Virus record (IMG/VR): IMGVR_UViG_3300010429_001449
Length of the DNA stretch: 64,000 bases
Reading direction: 5' to 3' (one strand)
Source: a virus
Lineage: Duplodnaviria; Caudoviricetes
Shown here: positions 56,328 through 64,000 of the stretch, one piece after another
Position numbering within the stretch: the first letter of the stretch is position 1
How the letters are laid out: each line of letters opens with the position of its first letter
Program-made: the position numbers and the translations under genes
Notes under the pieces: model-generated
The model's database searches: none
Told to the model about the DNA's origin: nothing
The model's input: only the letters and a program-made list of their open reading frames with translations

Positions 56328-56527
56328 TGTTTATCCCAAACGAGCACGTCCGCCTTGCCAGAGAAGACTAACCACGCCGCTTTGAGTCTTTTGATTAAGA
56401 AGAGACCGAGAAGACCGATGGGTCTTGCAGGTTTCCATACGCCGGGAGTCACTTCGCAAGCACAATCCCAGCTACGAATGCTTGACGCCGAAAACACAGA
56501 GGGAACCGGATTCATCATTGCATCTCC

Positions 56528-57208
56528 TCAAACACGATCCGGGTGTTGTTCCCGAAACGTCTTGTCCCACGCTGCGGGATCGGAGAAGTAGTCAGAAACC
56601 TCGGCAGGCACGAGGCCGCTGTTATGGAGGCTGTCAATGTTCGCTAAGGAAAGAAGCTCGACGCCGTGCTCTTTGAGCGCCTTCTCGCCGCCCTGTTGAC
56701 GATCAAAGACGACCATACAAAGCTTCACCTCAGCGCCAGCTTCGCGGAGAGCTTCAATGAACTCCAGCTTGCTGCCCGCGTCTGTTATCAGGTCTTCGAC
56801 CAGAACCACACGGCGGTCTTCGACCGACGCGCCTTCGACCTTGCCCTTCGTACCGTATTCTTTCTGCGCCTTGCGGACGTAGGCCGAGGAGAGACCCATC
56901 GAAGCTGCGAGACGTGTGGCGAACGGTATTCCTGCGCTCTCGCCGCCCGCGATGACGGGGAAAGGAGGCTTCTCCAGCAGGATGTATCCGCGCCTCGGCT
57001 CGTAGTCAAACTCAGCAAGGGCATAATGAAAGAGACCCGTGACCAGACTCATAACAGCGGGATCGCTGATGAGTTTCCGGCAATCGAAGTAGACCGGACT
57101 CAGCAAGCCGCTCTTGAGCGTGAACGGTTTGATAGTGCTGATACGCAGGGCGTCGCAGCGTACCAATGCGTCTACAACAACATGTCCGACGGGAGAGTTC
57201 TTGTTCAT
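56528..57208 (-). CDS. pyrE: Orotate phosphoribosyltransferase
   Basis: FTLKSG..SPVYFDCR; YVRK..K.YG; VLVEDLITDAGS. Confidence 0.93.
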   Translation of the reverse strand: MNKNSPVGHVVVDALVRCDALRISTIKPFTLKSGLLSPVYFDCRKLISDPAVMSLVTGLFHYALAEFDYEPRRGYILLEKPPFPVIAGGESAGIPFATRLAASMGLSSAYVRKAQKEYGTKGKVEGASVEDRRVVLVEDLITDAGSKLEFIEALREAGAEVKLCMVVFDRQQGGEKALKEHGVELLSLANIDSLHNSGLVPAEVSDYFSDPAAWDKTFREQHPDRV

Positions 57209-57280
57209 CCTACGGCTTCCTTTCATTTCACAACTTAGGTTCTGTCTACTGCCGAGCACTCCACAACTTAGGTGTGATAC

Positions 57281-58012
57281 TCATGGCTTTAGTTTCTCAA
57301 TCCATTCCTTCGCCGCCGCCGTAGGGTCTTCTGCGCCGTAAATCGCGGAGCCGATGATGGGATACCAGTCGAACGGAGGAACCTTGCCGATGTAGATTTT
57401 GGCTTCGTCGACCTCGGCCTGCTGCCTTCCGAGTCCGGGCGTATAAACGTTGATCGGCTCTCCCTCAAATCCCGGACACTCGGTAGAGTTGTAGGCGTCC
57501 CACAAAACAGTCGCATAATGCAGTTTAGTCGCGGGCAAAACGAAGCTGCGGACGCCGCACTTAAGCGCCTCTGTGAACACACGCTTCGGCATGTCATCGG
57601 AGAGGAAACCGCCCTCGGACACTAAGAATTCCGGGTGCGTCATCACTGCGCCTACGATGAGATCGTGCACACAGTTCTGTGTCAGCCTCCGCCACGCACG
57701 ACACCAATGCCGGAGAGTATCGGGGCCTGCGAAAGGAAAAATGATCGTTCCTCTTGCGCCCGACCGGGCGCACATACTCAGCAAAGGTTCAGCCATCTGC
57801 GGAATATCAGTGCCCGCCTTTTGATGGTCGTAGATCACAGGCTTATCGGAAAGTGTGTTAATCTCCGCGACCGTTTTGCGCAAGGACGCTTCGAGGGCTA
57901 GGAGAGACCCGATCTTAAACCCGGCCACGCCGTCTAGCTGTCCCGTAGAACGAGCGAGAACTGGGAGTTTCTCGAACGGCACATCACACGCGATCACGAT
58001 TCCTTTGAACAT
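57281..58012 (-). CDS. pyrF: Orotidine-5'-phosphate decarboxylase
   Basis: IACD; GFKIG; IYDHQKAGTDIP; TPG.G.Q; IIGSAIY; adjacent to pyrE. Confidence 0.85.
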   Translation of the reverse strand: MFKGIVIACDVPFEKLPVLARSTGQLDGVAGFKIGSLLALEASLRKTVAEINTLSDKPVIYDHQKAGTDIPQMAEPLLSMCARSGARGTIIFPFAGPDTLRHWCRAWRRLTQNCVHDLIVGAVMTHPEFLVSEGGFLSDDMPKRVFTEALKCGVRSFVLPATKLHYATVLWDAYNSTECPGFEGEPINVYTPGLGRQQAEVDEAKIYIGKVPPFDWYPIIGSAIYGAEDPTAAAKEWIEKLKP

Positions 58013-58156
58013 ACACCTGTCTCCTTTGTCGCTGCGGGCAACAGTACGTAGTTTCCGCGCACCAGAAAGTTCTATCAAATTGGGCGGGAGAAAATGGGCG
58101 GTTGGTGGGTAGTTGAAACACGCCTCAGCATCAGCATAACGCTGATCTCCAAGAAG

Positions 58157-58242
58157 TGGTGGGCGAGGGGAGATTTGAACTCCCACGCGGTTTCCCGCAC
58201 CAGTGCCTGAGACTGGCTCGTCTGCCTTTCCGACACTCGCCC
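58157..58242 (-). tRNA. tRNA-Leu(CAG)
   Basis: CCAGT-CTCAGGC-ACTGG, long variable arm, ACCA. Confidence 0.93.
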
Positions 58243-58247
58243 AAAAG

Positions 58248-58324
58248 TGGGGTAGGTAACGGGAATCGAACCCGTGCTTGATGGGCCACGGCCATCCGTG
58301 CGAATCCTCTACACTATACCTACC
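58248..58324 (-). tRNA. tRNA-His(GTG)
   Basis: G-1/C73; GATGG-CCGTGGC-CCATC (C33); CCA. Confidence 0.9.
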
Positions 58325-58336
58325 ATCGTCATTCCT

Positions 58337-58364
58337 AGTATAACAGCGTCCCGCGAAATGTCAA
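58337..58364 (-). promoter_or_regulatory. Promoter TTGACA-N16-TATACT
   Basis: Motif family copy. Confidence 0.8.
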
Positions 58365-58370
58365 GCGGAA

Positions 58371-59513
58371 TTAATCATCATTCGGCGTTCTTGACCCGCA
58401 TTTCGGACACGTTATGAAGGAAGAAAAGACGTTCGTGGTGTAAACGGTGCGCCCACAACCCTGACAGTGGAGTGCGCGACGCCCCTCGGCAGGAGACGCA
58501 AGATGTTGCTGTTGTGGAGACAACGGCGTGCCGTCCAGCGACACAGGGCCGACGTAAGGCGCTGTTGGAGCCACCGGGGGCGGGGCGAAACGAGAGTCGC
58601 CTGGAAGAATGAGGTTTCCCTGTGGACGCGCCTGCGGGCGGGTTACGACCTCATCCGCCTGCGTCAACGGAAACGTGTCGTCGTAGGAAACTTGCTGACT
58701 GCGGCCTTCTCGCACGGGAGCCGGAGGCTGCGGCACGAAAGGACGCGGCGCGGTCGAGAGACGATTTGGTGCGGGAGGAATAGGAGCTTGCTGTCTCCAG
58801 ATAGGAGGCACAGGTTCCCCGCCGTAGTCCAACGACGGGTCGAAAAACGCCACGTCTGCCGATGGCGGCGCGGCCCCCGGCTGTCCAAACAGAGGCGATT
58901 GCTGACCCGGCTTCATAAGCGTCTGTTCGGCAATTCGGTGCGTTTGCTCTTGAAGATCGACAGCGGCCTTCTGTAACTGCGCGGGGTTGACGGTCACGAC
59001 GCCCGGCGGGGCCTGCAACTCCCACACGTGAACATTAGACGGAAACTGCTGCAACAGACCCAAAATCTCCTGTTTGCGCTGTACCAAACCGCCGTGCCCT
59101 ATGCCGGGGAAGTTCAGGTGAAACGTGACGTTGGCGTACTCATTAGCCTTTGCGAAAAGAGCTTGCGCAGACGCAAAGATCATATCCGCATCAGCCCGCT
59201 GGCGCGGGTTGATTCGCGTCTGGAACAAGCCAAACGTGCCAAGAAATTCCCGCCCCATAAAGATATCGGTAACGATAACGCCGTACTGCGCATTCGCGAC
59301 CCCCATCTCTACAATTATCTGACCGAACCGAGCATCGATACCGGGAAGAAGCGAGCGCAGTTGCTGCGCCGCGCCGGTTTCCATCAACAAAACGCCGTTC
59401 TGTACGACAGACCCCGCCGTGACCAAGAGGACTTCGTTGATGGGGCACGTGACATTGCCTTTGGGCGTCCGTTGGAAGAACGCCTCGAACATATTGCCGT
59501 AACGCTGTATCAC
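58371..59513 (-). CDS. Macrodomain-like N-terminus, Pro-rich linker, C-terminal zinc ribbon
   Basis: GNMF...M.TGAA...LFQT...NFPGIGHGGL resembles phage macro-like domains. Confidence 0.55.
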   Translation of the reverse strand: MIQRYGNMFEAFFQRTPKGNVTCPINEVLLVTAGSVVQNGVLLMETGAAQQLRSLLPGIDARFGQIIVEMGVANAQYGVIVTDIFMGREFLGTFGLFQTRINPRQRADADMIFASAQALFAKANEYANVTFHLNFPGIGHGGLVQRKQEILGLLQQFPSNVHVWELQAPPGVVTVNPAQLQKAAVDLQEQTHRIAEQTLMKPGQQSPLFGQPGAAPPSADVAFFDPSLDYGGEPVPPIWRQQAPIPPAPNRLSTAPRPFVPQPPAPVREGRSQQVSYDDTFPLTQADEVVTRPQARPQGNLILPGDSRFAPPPVAPTAPYVGPVSLDGTPLSPQQQHLASPAEGRRALHCQGCGRTVYTTNVFSSFITCPKCGSRTPNDD

Positions 59514-59515
59514 GA

Positions 59516-60364
59516 CTAAGCTCCTTTCTCGGAACGATAATCATTCCGCAACACAAGGGTATCATCTTCTTCAGCCTTGTCAAGGTGAGGCGAGGGTACG
59601 TCGTTCCTGTTGTAATAGCACCACGCCCTTTGTTCGTCCGTTAGCACGGGCCAAATAATCTTGAGACGCCGTTGAGAAAGCTGCAATAACTGATCTCTGT
59701 GTTCCTCCGTATCGACGGTGACTGTCCAATCCGAATAGACAAGACGGTAATCAAAAGGAAGTGCGGCAAAGAGATAAGCAAGCTGCCTCGGTGTAAGTGC
59801 GCCGTGCTCCGCAAAATAAGCGGAGAATGATTCGGCGTATTGAGGATGACCTGCTCGGCGAAGGGCGCTAAACGCGATGAAAATACGCGCCTGACGCTCT
59901 TCTTCTAAACGCAGCGCCCTATCTCTTTCCGCCCGCTTAAGAAGTTCGTACTCCTTTTTCCGCGCTCTTTCTGCTTGTGCCTGCCGTTCGCGCTCCAATC
60001 TGTCAGCCTCATCTCGTTTCCGCTGTTCTTCTGTCTTCTTGGCGGACAGCAGTTTTCTGAACAAGGCTGCTGCTTCTGTTTCGGTCAACTCGTTTCCGTC
60101 AGCGTCTGGGAGCAAGACGCCCAGCTCCTCTAAGAAATGGAGAATGCAATCCGAACCTATGGAGAGCTTGGCCCCGTTATAACTGTTCCTCATCTCGTAG
60201 TGATACCGAAGACGCTTGTTGCCGCAGATATCGCAGACCTTGACAGAGTCCTTCCAATCGAAGACTTTGAAGGTGAAAAACCACTCGCGGAATGCCTTTT
60301 TAAGGTCTTCCTTCTCTTGGCTAACCGCAAAGAGATTCGGGGCTACTCTGTTGATCCAATCCAT
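59516..60364 (-). CDS. Hypothetical protein
   Basis: CDICG..LRY...IGSDCI, then a coiled coil. Confidence 0.6.
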   Translation of the reverse strand: MDWINRVAPNLFAVSQEKEDLKKAFREWFFTFKVFDWKDSVKVCDICGNKRLRYHYEMRNSYNGAKLSIGSDCILHFLEELGVLLPDADGNELTETEAAALFRKLLSAKKTEEQRKRDEADRLERERQAQAERARKKEYELLKRAERDRALRLEEERQARIFIAFSALRRAGHPQYAESFSAYFAEHGALTPRQLAYLFAALPFDYRLVYSDWTVTVDTEEHRDQLLQLSQRRLKIIWPVLTDEQRAWCYYNRNDVPSPHLDKAEEDDTLVLRNDYRSEKGA

Positions 60365-60370
60365 TAGCGA

Positions 60371-60805
60371 TTATCCCCGCGCACACAACAGGAGCTTGGG
60401 TTCCTCAAAGGGAACACCGTACTTCTCGCAGAACACCCGGAGGTCTTCGCGCCACTTGCGTCGTTTGTTGCGCGAGAACGCCTCCGCTTTGATTTCCTTG
60501 GGAGACTCGCCCAAAGCATAAACGAAACTGTCCACAGCCGCCAAGACACACAGGCGCTTCTTCTCGGTCCCATGAAATATCAAGCGTACCGGGCAAGCAG
60601 AAAACACCGTTCTCGCCATGACCCAGAAGTCGCGCTTGTCTCGATAGGCAGAACACGCAATCCCTTCGGTCTTGGCGAACCACTCCTCAAAAACGAGGCT
60701 GCCCCAAGGATACTGAACCGTATCCGAGAGTGCTATGCCGTACACGATAATGCCTTCTGCCGCGTTCACTACGTTAATCCTTTCTGTTTGGAGAGTGCCG
60801 CCCAT
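60371..60805 (-). CDS. Hypothetical protein
   Basis: 144-aa ORF in the operon. Confidence 0.5.
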   Translation of the reverse strand: MGGTLQTERINVVNAAEGIIVYGIALSDTVQYPWGSLVFEEWFAKTEGIACSAYRDKRDFWVMARTVFSACPVRLIFHGTEKKRLCVLAAVDSFVYALGESPKEIKAEAFSRNKRRKWREDLRVFCEKYGVPFEEPKLLLCARG

Positions 60806-61701
60806 CCGTCACGTACGACTTTCGCAAGGTTTCGGGCCGCACGGCTATCATCCAATTCCGCAATATCATCCAACATCAAGGCAACAAGTTCTATGACCTC
60901 GCCGTCGGATGGAATGCACAAAGCACCATGAGGATGACGGTCAGTAGTACACTCATCGAGACACGGCACGTAGGAAGGCGTCTTAGACAACCCGTTCTCG
61001 CGCCGGAAGTCTTCGACGTTGCAGTACTCACCACACTTCTCACTGACGCGCTTCGCAACACACACCTGCGCGGCAGTCACGCGCACTGTGAACCCGCCAC
61101 TCCAATTGAGCGAGCACGGAGGCTCCTTGACCGCAGGAGCCGCCGCCTGCTTGTCGAACACGCGCTCGTAATAGCGCACTTTCTGCCGCCATTTGCTGAT
61201 CAGCTTCCGCTTGCTCTTGAGGATGCCTTCCAACCGCAGCAACTCGGTCGTGTGCTTGATCAGCGTGTCTTTGGCTTTCCAGTAACGCTCCTCCCGAAGT
61301 TGCCCTCCGGTACGCGGCGGCTTAGGCTTGGCGGAATCTTTCAGGCGAATCCGCATGTCCGCAGTCCACGGAACCTCGAATTCCCACCAGGGGGACATGT
61401 CGCTATGATGCAAGCCGCGATTGTGTCCGAATTCGTGAATGGCGATTCGAGCGACCATCGCCACGTCCAGCGTAGGATCGTCCTGCCCCTTGAAGTACGT
61501 TGCTCGCGGGACTATCAGCTTGATCCACTTGGACGTGTAACTGCCGCGCCCGTGATATCGCTTGCCGCGAGCATACTCGACCTTGACAGTATATCCCTGC
61601 GGATCAACACCGTCCTGCTCCATCGCTTTGACTACGACTTTGCGAATGTCATCCGAACGCCAGCACGTGGCGTTGATGATTCTGAATTGTCTCCCGCGCA
61701 T
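60769..61701 (-). CDS. HExxH-motif (metallopeptidase-like) protein
   Basis: IHEFGHNRGLHH. Confidence 0.6.
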   Translation of the reverse strand: MRGRQFRIINATCWRSDDIRKVVVKAMEQDGVDPQGYTVKVEYARGKRYHGRGSYTSKWIKLIVPRATYFKGQDDPTLDVAMVARIAIHEFGHNRGLHHSDMSPWWEFEVPWTADMRIRLKDSAKPKPPRTGGQLREERYWKAKDTLIKHTTELLRLEGILKSKRKLISKWRQKVRYYERVFDKQAAAPAVKEPPCSLNWSGGFTVRVTAAQVCVAKRVSEKCGEYCNVEDFRRENGLSKTPSYVPCLDECTTDRHPHGALCIPSDGEVIELVALMLDDIAELDDSRAARNLAKVVRDGWAALSKQKGLT

Positions 61702-61741
61702 CCGAGTGTCCTCCAAAAAGGTTTGTCTGTCCGATACTATT

Positions 61742-61769
61742 ATTATAACAGAAATACAGAGAATGTCAA
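61742..61769 (-). promoter_or_regulatory. Promoter TTGACA-N16-TATAAT
   Basis: Motif family copy. Confidence 0.8.
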
Positions 61770-62134
61770 GGGGAATTTTCGGATAATCGCCGTTGATCTC
61801 AGCGGGCGTTACGCATCGATGACAAGATCGCGGACTTTCCGCACCGTCTCTTTGAGATGATCCATCTCTGCGCGTTCCTCATCCTTATCGTCGTCGATGT
61901 CATCAAGCTCTTTTTCCAGAGCGGCGATATCAAGTTTAAGCTGGCTGCATTTTTCCTCGGCGTTCTTGAAATGTTTGCAAGCGACAATCAAAAGAGCGAC
62001 GGGGTCTTTCGTATCATCCGGTAGCGGACACCCGTTCCGTATCATCACGTCAACGCAATCGGCCAAGACAACATCTAACGGCGTGTTCTGATAGGTCCGT
62101 TTCAGCAAAACCGGCGGTTCGTTTGACGAGGACA

Positions 62135-62716
62135 TTATGACTTCCTTTCTTGAGCAAGAGATTCCATGTGCTCCAAGAGAGCTTCCTCGCACTCGTCAAA
62201 CGAGGCACAGAACTCGCCCCACGAAGCGACAATGCGGCGTTCTGCCGCGTCAAGGATCATTACGCGCCAGGCCCGTTCGACATCCACCGGCTTGTAGCGG
62301 TAGCCCGTCTTCGTGACGGTGAAACCTTCCGGCGCACCTTCGGGCGTTTGTTCCAGTTCGCCTTCTTCTCTGACGATGAAAGCCCGCGCAATGAGAACAA
62401 TCAGCGCGTCATCCAGAGGCGTCTCGGCGGCAGTTCCGGCGTTCAGGACTACAAACGGTTCTCGATTCAACATGGCCTTGGCGATGTTTTCTTCCGTCAG
62501 AATAGGCGCTGCCACATCAGCCAAAAGCACACAAGAGTCTGCCAGGGGCTTCAGCAGCGGACTATCGGCTTTCGTCCACGACATGATCAAGCCGTGATCC
62601 TCCGCCATCGAGAAGGCTACCCATGACGTTGTGCCAAGAGAAGCCATCTCTTCCTCTAACTCCTCCGTGGCGGCGACTGCCACCGGTTTCCCAGCCAAAA
62701 CAATTACTTTGTCCAT
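62135..62716 (-). CDS. Hypothetical protein
   Basis: 193-aa acidic ORF. Confidence 0.55.
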   Translation of the reverse strand: MDKVIVLAGKPVAVAATEELEEEMASLGTTSWVAFSMAEDHGLIMSWTKADSPLLKPLADSCVLLADVAAPILTEENIAKAMLNREPFVVLNAGTAAETPLDDALIVLIARAFIVREEGELEQTPEGAPEGFTVTKTGYRYKPVDVERAWRVMILDAAERRIVASWGEFCASFDECEEALLEHMESLAQERKS

Positions 62717-63159
62717 TTGGAAACTCCCAAAGCGTGTATGATGCCGCTGTTTCGGAGCGCAAGAAGGCGTTTGACCATGCGGTTATAGCACTTCCGCTGC
62801 GCGTCGGTAAGGTTTATCAGAAAATCGCCCACATACGGATCATCAATCGGATAGAGGAGAATCGGAACGTCGTGCAAATATGCGTAACAATCTGACATAA
62901 GAGCGGCCATAACTCTCGCGTCGAGAACAATTATTGCGTCTGGCTTGAACGTCAAATCGCGCAGATGCTTCGAGATCAAGGTGTCCGTCCGCCGCCCTTC
63001 TCGTTCCAACAGTTGGATGACGTTAGGATCAACCCGCCACGGCGACAGACCCGCAGAGAAAACCTGAACGTCCGGAATCTCATCTCGAAACAGTCCTTCC
63101 GCCATCTGACTGCGGCAGCAGTTCGCCACACACATGAATAGCAACCGTTTCTGAGACAT
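62704..63159 (-). CDS. ArsC / low-molecular-weight phosphatase family protein
   Basis: P-loop CVANCCRSQMAEG; FSAG; DDP. Confidence 0.88.
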   Translation of the reverse strand: MSQKRLLFMCVANCCRSQMAEGLFRDEIPDVQVFSAGLSPWRVDPNVIQLLEREGRRTDTLISKHLRDLTFKPDAIIVLDARVMAALMSDCYAYLHDVPILLYPIDDPYVGDFLINLTDAQRKCYNRMVKRLLALRNSGIIHALGVSKWTK

Positions 63160-63183
63160 TATTGCTCCTTTACCGTCTCCCTT

Positions 63184-63211
63184 AGTATAACAGCGGAAAA
63201 GAGTTTGTCAA
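63184..63211 (-). promoter_or_regulatory. Promoter TTGACA-N16-TATACT
   Basis: Motif family copy. Confidence 0.8.
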
Positions 63212-63663
63212 GAGGACGTTTGCTCGTCTTCGGTTTCGTCCAGACACGCCTCTGGCGTCTCGGCGGGTTCGACTCTACGCGCCGCTTCAATCTCGGCCAG
63301 ACGCTGCGTGACCGGACACTCGGCGTCGCATTCTTCTTCCGGATGCAACGCGGCCTCAGACAGATGCGTAAGTTCCTTGAGCGCGGAGACGGCCTTGAGC
63401 AGTGATGAGCGCAACTCGATCACGTCCTTTTCAGGAACCTTCTTGGCTAGGCGATCCATAACTTCCATTGCGCCCGCAAGAGCGGCCAGGGCCGTCACTG
63501 ACTTGCTGGAGACGACTTCCGCCCACGGCGGACGATTTGTTGTCGTCAAAGTAGTCAGGTAGTTCCTTACCCGGTTGTTCAAGCAGTCTTGGCACAACCT
63601 CCCGTTGGAAGTAATCAGCGTCGTTTTGCCGCATCTCTTGCAAACACCTTCCTCGAAGCTCAT
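63208..63663 (-). CDS. Hypothetical protein
   Basis: 151-aa ORF with an N-terminal CxxC pair. Confidence 0.55.
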   Translation of the reverse strand: MSFEEGVCKRCGKTTLITSNGRLCQDCLNNRVRNYLTTLTTTNRPPWAEVVSSKSVTALAALAGAMEVMDRLAKKVPEKDVIELRSSLLKAVSALKELTHLSEAALHPEEECDAECPVTQRLAEIEAARRVEPAETPEACLDETEDEQTSS

Positions 63664-64000
63664 ACAGCTTTTCCTTTCTTGGCTTTGCCCGCCGGAGCCT
63701 TTGCCACAGGCTCGGCTTCAACAGCTTCGCGGCCAGTAGCAGGGTCAAACTTCACTATATCCAACGAGCGTCCCTGTGCTCCCTTTGCAGCTTTGGGCAA
63801 CCGGAGTCCTCGTCTCGCCGAAACGAGCCGAACGCGACCCCGAACATCGTGTACAAGAGCCTCGCCGGGCACACGCCCTCGAGGATACGTACGTTCCTCG
63901 AACTCTCTGTCGGACAGTTTGTTGGCGAGGGCTGCAATCTTCTTCGGAGAAACAGTCGTGTCTGCGGGAGCGGAACACTCAACGGTCTGAGATACTACAT

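Noticed and set aside
58013-58156. PyrR-type attenuator upstream of pyrF
   Set aside because: I could not see the PyrR binding-loop consensus or a clear terminator/antiterminator pair.

Overview
This window reads as part of a large (probably jumbo) bacteriophage genome or phage-like element, GC-rich, with essentially all real genes on the minus strand. The one exception is a plus-strand tnpB. No structural or replication genes are visible, so the phage call is inferred from gene content. It carries 22 tRNA genes with encoded CCA, about 11 orphan DNA methyltransferases, two TnpB-only IS200/IS605 elements and a ParB-like gene split by an intein. Auxiliary genes include LemA, TPM, NrdG-like, pyruvoyl arginine decarboxylase, PTH2-like, MoxR/vWA, pyrE/pyrF and ArsC/LMW-PTP. 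Sixteen near-identical TTGACA-N16-TATA(C/A)T promoters are spread across the window. The standout is a Ro60/TROVE gene (45532-47304) followed by a separately promoted and terminated array of eight Y-RNA-like units (43969-45142). All eight share a covarying Ro-type terminal helix, but tRNA-derived modules are grafted in at different points of the cloverleaf (acceptor, D arm, anticodon, variable loop). Other notable signals: a solitary type I-C CRISPR repeat (candidate RNA anti-CRISPR), DUF1566 domains with a DGR-like mutation pattern, two related unassigned structured RNAs, and tRNAs with compensated non-canonical elbows. All calls were made by eye from motifs; no database searches or folding programs were run.
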